Source: a virus (taxonomy: Duplodnaviria; Caudoviricetes). From it: a DNA stretch of 40,641 nucleotides. The first letter of the stretch is position 1. Every line of letters begins with the position of its first letter. The stretch is from positions 1 to 40,641 of the IMG/VR virus record IMGVR_UViG_3300008085_000056. One strand, written 5' to 3'. Below are positions 10,751 through 20,323 of the stretch, in pieces. The notes beneath the pieces are model-generated. The model made no database searches and was not told the origin of the DNA. It saw nothing but the letters and a program-made list of their open reading frames with translations. The translations under genes and the position numbers were made by a program.

Positions 10751-10773
10751 TAGTTAACCGAACTGAAAAAATT

Positions 10774-10804
10774 AAGCCTATCATGCAAATGGTAGGCTTT
10801 TTTT
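10774..10804 (+). terminator. rho-independent terminator after major capsid gene
   Basis: aagcctatcat-gcaa-atggtaggctt followed by a T-run. Confidence 0.85.
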
Positions 10805-10884
10805 ATTAAAATTTGATTATGAAATAAAAATACTATAATTAAAGACAAATTCAAAAAATTTTAACAAATTAAATATAAAAATAA

Positions 10885-13170
10885 ATGGCAAAAACAAAAA
10901 TTAAATCCCCTAATATTATCTTTTCCGAAACAGATAAAAGTGCCATAACAGTTAATCCCGAAATAGCAGATTTTTGCATCATTGGTACAACACCATTTGG
11001 ACGTGCATTTATACCAACATTATTTTCATCTTATAATGATTATATTAAACAGTTTGGTTATTATGATATCAAAAAATTAGAAGAATATGTAGGATTTACA
11101 GTTAATAGCACACTTAATGGTACGAATGCATCAGTAATGGTGATATCAGTAATGGGTACTGAAGATTATACAGTAGGAAAAGCGGTAGACATCGTTGGTT
11201 CTAAAGATGACTTCACAGGTTCAATCGCACAATTTTATCTTACATCCCAAGGTATTACCGATGGTATAGATGGATTTGCAGTAAGTGCTACACCTACTTA
11301 TGGAGATATAAAATTACAATTAAAATCGGGTTCAACAGTAGTAGAAACTCTTAATTATAGCTTATCACCAAGTACAAATGGTAGTATAAGTTCAGTAACA
11401 GATTTATCACAAGCGATATCAGACTCTAACAGAGTATATCTGAAATATTATGCTGAACCTTCGAGTAGTTTATCATCAGGTGCAACATTTTCTATAACTA
11501 CATCATCAGCAGAAATAACGATGCCAAGTTATCAAGAAGGTTTATCACCATGGGTTATTTCACAAACATATAATGGAACAAATCATAATCTTTTTAGATT
11601 CGAATCTATATCTCAGGGTGAACAAGTTAATAGACAATTTAAAATTTCTATTATTAATGTTGAATTACCATCTGAAAGAGCAGGGGTAGATATTACTCAT
11701 GGTAAATTTGATGTAATTATTCGTAAATATGACGATGATGATAGTAGTGTAGAAGCATTGGAAATATTTTCTAATGTAACATTAGACCCATCTGATACCA
11801 ATTTTATTGGCAATCGAATTGGTACAGTTAAAGATACTTTTAATCAAACATCGGGACAAATTGAATCAGAAGGAGATTATAATAACAGAAGTAGTTATGT
11901 AAGAGTAGTTTTAGGTAATATTGATGACATTCCTAATGATGCAGTTCCTTTTGGATTTGATGGTTATGCGTTTGGTTTTAATGCTAATGATTCATTTGAT
12001 AATCTTCTAAGACAAGCAGCTTTAACTAGCACTACAGGAGATGATTACTATTCAGGTGTAAATTTTGATAGTAAAAGTAAAACTTTAGGGTTCATTCATA
12101 CAGAATTACCTAAATCTAATTCGCCTTTTTATACTACACAAGCAACACCATTTCTATTATCAAATTCTGATATAACATTAGTACCAAAAAATAATCGTAA
12201 ATTTACATTCGGTATTTTTGGTGCAACTAATGGTATTAGCAAAAGTACAAAAAAATTGATTGGTGCAAATGCAGTTCCATCTAATACTTTTGGGTTGGAT
12301 TTCTCTTCAATTACAGGTAATGGTTATCTTGGATATAAAAAAGCATTGGATTTAATTGCCGATAAAGATAATGTCTTACTTAAAACAGTAGCGTTGGTAG
12401 GATTAAATTTGACAGACCATGCAAACGTATATAATTATGCATTTAATGTAGCTAGTGAGCGTGGTGATATTTTCATCCCTGCTGATGTAACTAAACCTAT
12501 TGCAAATTCAACTAATGCATTAAGCACTATGGAATCATCTATGGAAGGTGCATTTGATACTTCATTTGGTTGTGGGTTAACACCTTGGCAAAAAGTTAAT
12601 AATGTATTAGTACCAATGGTATCAGTATTTCTACGAACATTAGCAAAAAACGATGAAGTTTCAGCACCTTGGTACTCACCATTAGGATTTGAACGTGGTG
12701 TTGTATCAGGTATTCCTTATACTAAATTCTCTCTATCACAAAGAGATGATTTGGATGACTTGCGTGTTAATACAGTAGTCAAATTTGCAGGAGAACCAAA
12801 TGCAGTTCTTTTAAACGATAGAACATTATTGAAACGTGAATCTTCACTATCATCTATAAATGTTAGACGTTTATTAAACGAAGCTAAAATTGAAATCAAT
12901 TTCATTGCTAGAAAATACATTGGTAGACCGTTAACACCTTCTACAAGAAACGCTTTAGCAGGTGAAATAAGAAGTTATTTATCATTTATTCAAGCAAACA
13001 ATGGTTTAGAAACATTCGAAGCTATTTTTGATGAATCGATTAATACACCTGATATAGTAGACCAAGCAATCATACAAGGGGTTATTTATTTAGTTCCTAT
13101 ACGTGCGGTTCGTGGTATTTCTATTGGATTCGTGATAGGTTCTTCTGGAACTTCATTCAACGAAGGTTAA
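10885..13170 (+). CDS. contractile tail sheath protein
   Basis: SPNIIFSETDKS, IIGTTPFGRAFIPT, APWYSPLGFERG, INVRRLL, NTPDIVD, IYLVPIR. Confidence 0.93.
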   Translation: MAKTKIKSPNIIFSETDKSAITVNPEIADFCIIGTTPFGRAFIPTLFSSYNDYIKQFGYYDIKKLEEYVGFTVNSTLNGTNASVMVISVMGTEDYTVGKAVDIVGSKDDFTGSIAQFYLTSQGITDGIDGFAVSATPTYGDIKLQLKSGSTVVETLNYSLSPSTNGSISSVTDLSQAISDSNRVYLKYYAEPSSSLSSGATFSITTSSAEITMPSYQEGLSPWVISQTYNGTNHNLFRFESISQGEQVNRQFKISIINVELPSERAGVDITHGKFDVIIRKYDDDDSSVEALEIFSNVTLDPSDTNFIGNRIGTVKDTFNQTSGQIESEGDYNNRSSYVRVVLGNIDDIPNDAVPFGFDGYAFGFNANDSFDNLLRQAALTSTTGDDYYSGVNFDSKSKTLGFIHTELPKSNSPFYTTQATPFLLSNSDITLVPKNNRKFTFGIFGATNGISKSTKKLIGANAVPSNTFGLDFSSITGNGYLGYKKALDLIADKDNVLLKTVALVGLNLTDHANVYNYAFNVASERGDIFIPADVTKPIANSTNALSTMESSMEGAFDTSFGCGLTPWQKVNNVLVPMVSVFLRTLAKNDEVSAPWYSPLGFERGVVSGIPYTKFSLSQRDDLDDLRVNTVVKFAGEPNAVLLNDRTLLKRESSLSSINVRRLLNEAKIEINFIARKYIGRPLTPSTRNALAGEIRSYLSFIQANNGLETFEAIFDESINTPDIVDQAIIQGVIYLVPIRAVRGISIGFVIGSSGTSFNEG

Positions 13171-13256
13171 AAAATTATGGGAGTGGGTTTAAAAAATCCA
13201 CTTTCCTTATATTTATATATATAAGAAAATCATTATCAACTTTAATATAACACGAA

Positions 13257-13754
13257 ATGTCATATATACAACCTGAAGGATTGATTAGAGGTACACACCA
13301 ATTTCAATCTAAACATTCAAACCAATTCCTATTTTCCGTAGATGATGACCCTACGGTTAAATTATTATGTACTCAAGCATCAAGACCTACCGTATCGTTT
13401 TCCGAAATTGCGATTCCTCACATCAATAAAACGAGATACGAAGCAGGAAGACCAACCTATGAACCTTTAAATATCTCTCTAATCGACTATATAGTTCCAT
13501 CCACATCTCAGTATGTCTCGGCATGGTTAGCGACTCAGGGGGAGATTTTCACGGGTAGAATGGGATATTCCGCATTTTATAGAAGAAAATGTACACTAGA
13601 ATTATTAGACCCAGTTGGCGCAGTTATTGAAAAATGGGATTACTTAAATTGTTTCTTATTATCAGCCAATTTTGGTGAAGTGTCATGGGAAAATGAACAA
13701 CCTATGCAAATCCAATTATCAATCAGATATGATGATGTAATTCAAAGATTCTAA
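13257..13754 (+). CDS. tail tube protein (T4 gp19-like)
   Basis: 165 aa after sheath; ASRPTVSF, YEAGRPTYEPLNISL, LELLDPVGAVIEKW, IQLSIRYD. Confidence 0.88.
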   Translation: MSYIQPEGLIRGTHQFQSKHSNQFLFSVDDDPTVKLLCTQASRPTVSFSEIAIPHINKTRYEAGRPTYEPLNISLIDYIVPSTSQYVSAWLATQGEIFTGRMGYSAFYRRKCTLELLDPVGAVIEKWDYLNCFLLSANFGEVSWENEQPMQIQLSIRYDDVIQRF

Positions 13755-13769
13755 TCTTTAATTTTTAAT

Positions 13770-13799
13770 GCCAATAGTATAATGCTATTGGCTCTTTTT
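13770..13799 (+). terminator. rho-independent terminator after tube gene
   Basis: gccaatagta-taa-tgctattggc followed by tcttttt. Confidence 0.7.
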
Positions 13800-13823
13800 A
13801 TTTTTTAACATTTAGAGGCAAAT

Positions 13824-14594
13824 ATGCAACCAAAACAAACAACACCAATAGTAGACACAGAAACATATATCGAATTAGACCTACCTTCAAAAGGTTTGGT
13901 TTATCCAACAGAAAATTTTTTAAGTTCAGGCAAAATCAAATTACGTTACATGAAAGGTAAAGATGAAAATATCTTTGCTAATCCTGCTTATATTAAACAA
14001 GGTAATGTGATGGAAATGTTATTAAAACAATTATGTGTTGAACCAACATTTGAACCATTAGATTTAATCATGACTGATAAAATTTATTTGTTAATAGCAA
14101 TTAGAATTATGTCGTTAGGAGCAGAGTTTGAGGTTAATAATTTTTCTTGTTCGAGTTGTGGTACAATCCATCCAAAAACTAATGTAGATTTATCAAATAT
14201 TGATGATACTGAACAAATTGAATTTCCATTAGTTAATAATGTAAATGAATATGAGATTCAATTACCACATTCCAAAGATAAAATTAAATTAAAAATTTTG
14301 GATGGTCATGGACAGATGGATTTAATTGCTAAACTCAAACGTACTAATAATAGTAAATTATTTTCATTACTAACATCATCTCTAATTGTAGAACATCCTG
14401 TTTCTAAGAGGTATGTGTATGGAGAAATATTGGATTATGTAGAAAATTTATCTCCGAAAGATACACAATTTATTCGTAAAAAAATTGTGGAAATTTCAGG
14501 TATAACCGAACCATCAATTAAACATTTATGTTCAACTTGTGGTGCAGAAAATAAAATATCCGTAGGCTTAGACGAATCATTTTTTTTTCAATAA
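13824..14594 (+). CDS. baseplate hub / tail assembly protein (T4 gp26-like) with two CxxC pairs
   Basis: ELDLPSKGLVYP, IKLRYMKGKDENI, LLIAIRIMSLG, CSSCG and CSTCG, ends ESFFFQ; between tube and tape measure. Confidence 0.75.
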   Translation: MQPKQTTPIVDTETYIELDLPSKGLVYPTENFLSSGKIKLRYMKGKDENIFANPAYIKQGNVMEMLLKQLCVEPTFEPLDLIMTDKIYLLIAIRIMSLGAEFEVNNFSCSSCGTIHPKTNVDLSNIDDTEQIEFPLVNNVNEYEIQLPHSKDKIKLKILDGHGQMDLIAKLKRTNNSKLFSLLTSSLIVEHPVSKRYVYGEILDYVENLSPKDTQFIRKKIVEISGITEPSIKHLCSTCGAENKISVGLDESFFFQ

Positions 14595-14805
14595 CAATTT
14601 AACAAAAGAGTTCAGTATAACCGAACTCTTTTTTTTCAACAATCGCAATGTTTTCGAATCAGAACTTTTTCAACTAATGCATTATGAGAAAATGTCTTAT
14701 AATGAAATTTTAGATTTACCCACCGACCTTAGAAAAAAATATATAAATTATGTGATAGATATAATTAATAAAGAAAATAATAAACAAAATAAACAAAATA
14801 AATAA
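14587..14805 (+). CDS. gp51-like tail/baseplate assembly ORF, possibly a frameshift extension of the upstream gene (not in ORF track)
   Basis: Open +1 frame FNNNLTKEF...ELFQLMHYEKMSYNEILDLPTDLRKKYINYVIDIINKEN...; first ATG only at 14677. Confidence 0.6.
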   Translation, partial: FNNNLTKEFSITELFFFNNRNVFESELFQLMHYEKMSYNEILDLPTDLRKKYINYVIDIINKENNKQNKQNK

Positions 14806-14811
14806 AATATA

Positions 14812-17382
14812 ATGGAATTATTCGGTTCGGGTTTTACAATTACTTTAGGAGATTTGATGGAAATGTTTGATAAAATGAATAAAGCAAACATTTCTCAATT
14901 TGAAGCTTTATATAATTTGGAAGCGAGTCAAGCAATAAAACAGGCAGAACAAGCTAAAATCATAGAACAATATTTTGACAAGAACCAAACCGCTTTTGAA
15001 ACATTAAAAGGCGAAATTAAAACATTAAATGCAAAACAAACACAATCTAATAAAATTCAAGAAGAAATAAAAACTATAAATGAAAAATTAACTCAAATAA
15101 AAAATGAGAATCAATATAAGGGTAAAGCAGAAAAAGTCAATAAATTAAACCACGACAGGGAAGAATTAGAAAACAGATTATTGGAAAATGAAACGGCTAT
15201 CGAAGGTTTAAACAAATCAATCAAAAGTCAGGCAACGGGCGATGCAGTATTAGTCGAAAGAATTAAATCTCTGACCGATACAATAGAAAATAATATTAAA
15301 GAAATAGAAAAAAAGACAAAAGAAAAGGAGATAGAAGATAGAATAAATCCAAAAAAAAGTTGGTCAAAACGTAAAGAAGTATTACATGAAATAATGATTG
15401 AACATAAATTGAATAAAAATGCTACACAAGGATTTTTGGGATTAAAGGCATCACTTATTCCATTTGCAAAAATATTATTCTTTTCGTCTAAAGTATTAAA
15501 CAAAATCGATGATATTTCTAGAAAAGTTGGTGTATCATCTCAAGATTTATTTGCTGAACGAGAATCGATGTCGTATAATCCCGAAAGCAAACAAAATATT
15601 ATGTCATCTATTACTAATATTGAAACGATGAAAGAATTGCAACAAGCATTAGGTAATGTCGATAACATATCTTTAAAAACATTAGACAATATTTCTCGTT
15701 ATCCAATTTATTTGGGTTATTCTGTTCAAGAATCTGCTGAATTATTAAGTTTATTCAAAGGGATAAATGGAACTAGTGCAGAGGTTTCAGAACAAATGAT
15801 TAGACAAATTTCGATATTAGGGTCTAAAAATGGAATCGGTTATAAAAAATTATTAAGTGACATCAAATCTAATGCGGAATATTATGCTAAATATTCAGGT
15901 ATTGGTTATGATAATTTACTAAAAGCAAATATTACTGCAAATAAATTAGGCATTGAATTTTCAACAATGGCAAAAACTTTAGAATCTCTCAACACGGTCG
16001 AGAGTATTATAGAGAAACAGATGAAAATTGCTATGTTTACCAATACTCAATTTAATCTCGTTGAAGCGGCGTCTTACCAATTTATGGGTAAAACAGATAA
16101 AGCAATGGATTCATTGTATAAAAATCTTAAATTGATTACAAAAGAACAATTTGACCAACCTTATATAAGAGGTATTCTTGCACAAAATTTGGGAGTTTCA
16201 GTTAATGAATTGGTTAAAATGTATAAAATCTCCAAAGATTTCAATGGTGAATTAGCAAAGTCCGCACGAGTAGATATGAATTTTGCCGAAAATATGGGTA
16301 ATTTCACAGAAGTATTTTCTGTGGTTGGATTAAGTAGAATAAAAAACGCTTTTAGTCAATACATATTAGAACCTTTGGCTGAGATTTTAGGTAGTAAAGC
16401 AAGTGGTGGTATAAAGGTCTTAATTGAATTTGTGGCTGATTCGATTAAATTTGCAGGTAGGATTTTAAAAGGCATAGATAATGTATTAGTAAATTTTGGT
16501 GATGTTGGTTCAAAAATGTTAATATTAGTTGGTGCAGTAGGTACATCGATTGCTATATATATGAATTCTGCACGTGCGATAAGTCTTAAAACATGGGCGT
16601 TATTAAAAGATATACATTCAGCGATATTGTATGGTAGAAAAGCAGGTCAGGCAAGTCAACGAACTGATTCTACTACTTTTTTGGGCAAAGCAAAGAATCA
16701 GAGGGGTAAAGTTGGTGGAGCATTAGCATTGACTTTATTACCAACTGCGTTATCATTAGCATCGGGAAATAGTTTCGGTGGGGCTGAAATCGGTTCTCTT
16801 ATTGGTGGTATTGGTGGAGCAGGTTTGGGAGTTTTAATGGGAAATCCTATTGTTGGTGCAATGATTGGCGAAACTTTAGGTGGTATGATAGGTACATGGT
16901 TTTCATCAAGAGATAATACTAATGATTCATTTAATTATAATCCAAAGATTGATTCTATAAAAAACAATGCGATGGGTGCAATAGTACCAACGGGTTATCC
17001 GAATGATTCGTATAAAGCTAATTTATCAACGGGCGAAGCAGTTATACCATTAACATCGAAACGTTCAGAAAAATTAATAGGTGGATTTATTACAAGTTCA
17101 TTAAAAAGTGAAGGTTTAATTCCTTCATCAACAATAGTGCCAAAACAAGCTACCTTATCCAAAGCATCTAATAACGAAACAACAAATGAAAGATTAAAAA
17201 ATGATATTAAACAAGATATTATTAATACTATTAAGATAGATACATCATTTGTTAAAGATATTGTCGATGCAATAAAAAAAATGAATGTGAATTTAACTCT
17301 AAATATTGATAATAAAACTGATGTAAAATCTAATACTCTAAAACGAGCTATGATATTATCAAGCGAATTAGTAAATATTTAA
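14812..17382 (+). CDS. tape measure-like protein
   Basis: 856 aa; long coiled-coil N-terminus, helical middle, Gly/Ala-rich hydrophobic segment, NLSTGEAVIPL; position after tube and chaperone. Confidence 0.75.
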   Translation: MELFGSGFTITLGDLMEMFDKMNKANISQFEALYNLEASQAIKQAEQAKIIEQYFDKNQTAFETLKGEIKTLNAKQTQSNKIQEEIKTINEKLTQIKNENQYKGKAEKVNKLNHDREELENRLLENETAIEGLNKSIKSQATGDAVLVERIKSLTDTIENNIKEIEKKTKEKEIEDRINPKKSWSKRKEVLHEIMIEHKLNKNATQGFLGLKASLIPFAKILFFSSKVLNKIDDISRKVGVSSQDLFAERESMSYNPESKQNIMSSITNIETMKELQQALGNVDNISLKTLDNISRYPIYLGYSVQESAELLSLFKGINGTSAEVSEQMIRQISILGSKNGIGYKKLLSDIKSNAEYYAKYSGIGYDNLLKANITANKLGIEFSTMAKTLESLNTVESIIEKQMKIAMFTNTQFNLVEAASYQFMGKTDKAMDSLYKNLKLITKEQFDQPYIRGILAQNLGVSVNELVKMYKISKDFNGELAKSARVDMNFAENMGNFTEVFSVVGLSRIKNAFSQYILEPLAEILGSKASGGIKVLIEFVADSIKFAGRILKGIDNVLVNFGDVGSKMLILVGAVGTSIAIYMNSARAISLKTWALLKDIHSAILYGRKAGQASQRTDSTTFLGKAKNQRGKVGGALALTLLPTALSLASGNSFGGAEIGSLIGGIGGAGLGVLMGNPIVGAMIGETLGGMIGTWFSSRDNTNDSFNYNPKIDSIKNNAMGAIVPTGYPNDSYKANLSTGEAVIPLTSKRSEKLIGGFITSSLKSEGLIPSSTIVPKQATLSKASNNETTNERLKNDIKQDIINTIKIDTSFVKDIVDAIKKMNVNLTLNIDNKTDVKSNTLKRAMILSSELVNI

Positions 17383-17435
17383 TTTTTTACTATAATTAAT
17401 GATACACAGTAAATATAAACACTAATATAAAAAAT

Positions 17436-17699
17436 ATGTCTCAAACAGATATCACCGCTATGACAAAATTTGCTCAAACAGTTCAAAAAGGAGCTAGCAC
17501 TATACGCACCGATTATTTCAAAACAGAATTATTTGGTGACCCATTAGCAGAAACCCCTAAAGAGTGGGATGGAAAATCGATGATTAATTTTTCGACTTCA
17601 AATACGAGTGGTATGAGTGAATTATTAACAACTCAAGTAACCGCGAATAAATCATCAGAAAGAAGTCTTTACTACTTAAATGATATAAATAATGTCTAG
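17436..17699 (+). CDS. hypothetical protein, paralog of next ORF
   Basis: 87 aa; TDYFKTELFGDPLAETPKEWDGK resembles the next ORF. Confidence 0.65.
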   Translation: MSQTDITAMTKFAQTVQKGASTIRTDYFKTELFGDPLAETPKEWDGKSMINFSTSNTSGMSELLTTQVTANKSSERSLYYLNDINNV

Positions 17700-18060
17700 T
17701 CCGTTAGAATCATTAATTCAATCTGCATCGATGATAACAACTCCAGCTAGAACAACCAATAGTGATTATTTTGGTTTTGGATTTGATTCACCATTCGCAA
17801 CAGATATTAAAGAATGGGATGGGAGAATTGTAGATGTTGATGAGTCAACTGATAGACCCATCAGACGGGGTGAACCTAATTCTTCACGAATGGATAAATT
17901 TTTACTTAATAAATTTGCTATTGCAAAAAAAACTCAAAATAAATTCAATATTGCAAATGATAATTATGATAATGTAAAAAATAAATTTAAAAAAGATAAG
18001 TATTACAACAGAACTGTAGCATTAATTACAGGAGAATCTTCTAAATTTAAAAAGAAATAA
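17692..18060 (+). CDS. hypothetical protein, paralog of previous ORF
   Basis: 122 aa; SDYFGFGFDSPFATDIKEWDGR. Confidence 0.65.
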   Translation: MSSPLESLIQSASMITTPARTTNSDYFGFGFDSPFATDIKEWDGRIVDVDESTDRPIRRGEPNSSRMDKFLLNKFAIAKKTQNKFNIANDNYDNVKNKFKKDKYYNRTVALITGESSKFKKK

Positions 18061-18066
18061 AATCTA

Positions 18067-20031
18067 ATGTCAGATACCAATTATAATATCGAATCTAATA
18101 ATAAATCTAATTTAGTATGGGATAAATTATCCAATAATGCTATTAATAAGATGTACGGTGATTATAATATTGTTGATAATTTTTTAAAAACTAATGATGT
18201 TAAAGATACATTAAATGAATTCGAAAGTAATAAAACATTTAAAGATTTTATTGTAAATAATTTTTTAAACAAAAAAGAATACATTTTAGAACAAACTAAA
18301 TTACACCTTCTAAATAAATTAACAAGTAGATTTTATAATCCATTGGGAATCTATTTATCATTAAAGGTGGAAGATGTGGGAGCAGGAGCATTAGGTCAAT
18401 TGGTTACACAAACTGCATCTACAATTTTAGGTAGTGGTATAGCTTTAACTTCCGATGGGGTTACATTTGCCAATGTAGCAGATGTAGATTCCGATAAATT
18501 ATTTTTTCATAATGTAGATGAATTTAAAGGAGAATATAATAATGATGCAATTAACACTATAGGGCAAAAATTAGTTAATATTGCAACATCAGCAACTATT
18601 GGTGAAATTGCACCAACCCGTTCAATTATAGCACAAGCATTAGCATTTACAATGCGTGATGCCGATGCTTCATTACATTTAGCTGATGGGGGAGGTATGT
18701 ATAATATTAGACCCAATGGTTCTACTGCAATAAAATATATTTATGGAGTAGATTTTTTATTGGAACATCCTATTATAGCAAATAGAATGCGTCAAGAAAT
18801 GGATAAATTGATGATTGCTCAGAATTATCGAATCCCGATGTCACAAGAGTTTATAAATTTAAAAAAAAATAAATCTGAGTATAAAGGGGATTATGGTATA
18901 TGGAGTAAATTTAAGAAAAAACTTGTAAATAATTTAGGGATTGTGGGTAAAGACGGTGATAGTGATAATCATTTTAAAAATTGGTCAGAAAAAGATTTTT
19001 GGAATTCTGTATTTGTATATTCATATTCCAACCACCAACCATCAACTAAAATAAAAGATTACTTGTCATCCCATCGTGATAAAAAAGACAAAAACCCTTC
19101 AGAATTTCCAAATGTTGTTGGTTTGGTATATGGTGATAAATTTGTAAATCCATCTGTAGATAGTTTTCCTACATTTATAACATCTTCTAATTCTACATAT
19201 ACAACTACCAATATTTCTGCAATTTATAAATTTACAAAAAATACAGAACAACTATTTCAAAATATATTGGAATTTGAAGGAAAAGTTACACATGGTAAAA
19301 ATAAGATTTCATCTCATGATATAGATAAAGATACTAATAACCGCAATTTTGGTGGATTATTTCCAATTATTATACATGATATGAAAACAGACTATGTTGC
19401 ACATTTTAATCCTGCGGTTACTTCAATATCAGAAGATATTCAATCCCCACCAGAACCACAAGATTATATTGGTAGGACGGAAACTATACCAATATATAGT
19501 AAAACTACTAGAAATATTACTATTGCATTTACAATTTATTCAACCACACCGACAGAATATTTATTAAATAAAAAGAAATTAGATTTTTTAAGAAGTCTTG
19601 CTTATCCTAAAACTGCAAGTAAAACTAATTTTAGTAGAATAAAATCTCCATTGATACGGTTTTCATTTGGTGATGATTATCAATCTGTGGGTGCATATGT
19701 TAATAATGTTAGTATTACACCAAATTTAGAATCGTTGTGGGAAACACGATTAAATGTACAAGGTGCAAAAATTTATGATATTTCAATAGCATTAACAGTT
19801 ATTCACGATGAAATGCCAATGATTTATGATAACGAAAAATTTGATGGTCACGGTTATCATACAAATGAAATATATAAACAACTTACTACCACACGAACAC
19901 AAATAAAGACGTATGACACTATTGACACAAGTAATCCTGTCATTACATTTCAACCACCACAATCTAGTTCACATTCATATAATAATGTTGATGTAGAAAA
20001 TGGTGCATTTAATAATACAAAGGGTGGGTAA
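18067..20031 (+). CDS. baseplate / tube-initiator-like protein
   Basis: C-terminal region DYIGRTETIPIYSKTTRNITIAFTI...LAYP...SPLIRFSFGD...ISIALTVIH resembles tube-fold baseplate proteins. Confidence 0.6.
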   Translation: MSDTNYNIESNNKSNLVWDKLSNNAINKMYGDYNIVDNFLKTNDVKDTLNEFESNKTFKDFIVNNFLNKKEYILEQTKLHLLNKLTSRFYNPLGIYLSLKVEDVGAGALGQLVTQTASTILGSGIALTSDGVTFANVADVDSDKLFFHNVDEFKGEYNNDAINTIGQKLVNIATSATIGEIAPTRSIIAQALAFTMRDADASLHLADGGGMYNIRPNGSTAIKYIYGVDFLLEHPIIANRMRQEMDKLMIAQNYRIPMSQEFINLKKNKSEYKGDYGIWSKFKKKLVNNLGIVGKDGDSDNHFKNWSEKDFWNSVFVYSYSNHQPSTKIKDYLSSHRDKKDKNPSEFPNVVGLVYGDKFVNPSVDSFPTFITSSNSTYTTTNISAIYKFTKNTEQLFQNILEFEGKVTHGKNKISSHDIDKDTNNRNFGGLFPIIIHDMKTDYVAHFNPAVTSISEDIQSPPEPQDYIGRTETIPIYSKTTRNITIAFTIYSTTPTEYLLNKKKLDFLRSLAYPKTASKTNFSRIKSPLIRFSFGDDYQSVGAYVNNVSITPNLESLWETRLNVQGAKIYDISIALTVIHDEMPMIYDNEKFDGHGYHTNEIYKQLTTTRTQIKTYDTIDTSNPVITFQPPQSSSHSYNNVDVENGAFNNTKGG

Positions 20032-20300
20032 TGATAAGTTATAAACAAAGTATAGATAAAACGACTAAAAAATTAAAGGATAATGTATATATTATCAAAG
20101 AGATTCCATTGAGTGAAGATGATATTTATATTACCTTATATCCAACAGTACCTTTAACACATATTGCACAAACATATTATAATGATGTTGATATGTGGAA
20201 ACTATTAGCATATATTAATAATCTTACGGGTATATATGTTAGTGAAGAAACAACTATTAGAATACCATTAGGTGTTCAAGTTTTATTTGAAGAAGATTAA
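20031..20300 (+). CDS. LysM-like baseplate wedge protein (gp53/tail X-like)
   Basis: LTHIAQTYYNDVDMWKLLAYINNL...TIRIP. Confidence 0.75.
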   Translation: MISYKQSIDKTTKKLKDNVYIIKEIPLSEDDIYITLYPTVPLTHIAQTYYNDVDMWKLLAYINNLTGIYVSEETTIRIPLGVQVLFEED

Positions 20301-20323
20301 AAATATTCGTATAATTATATATT

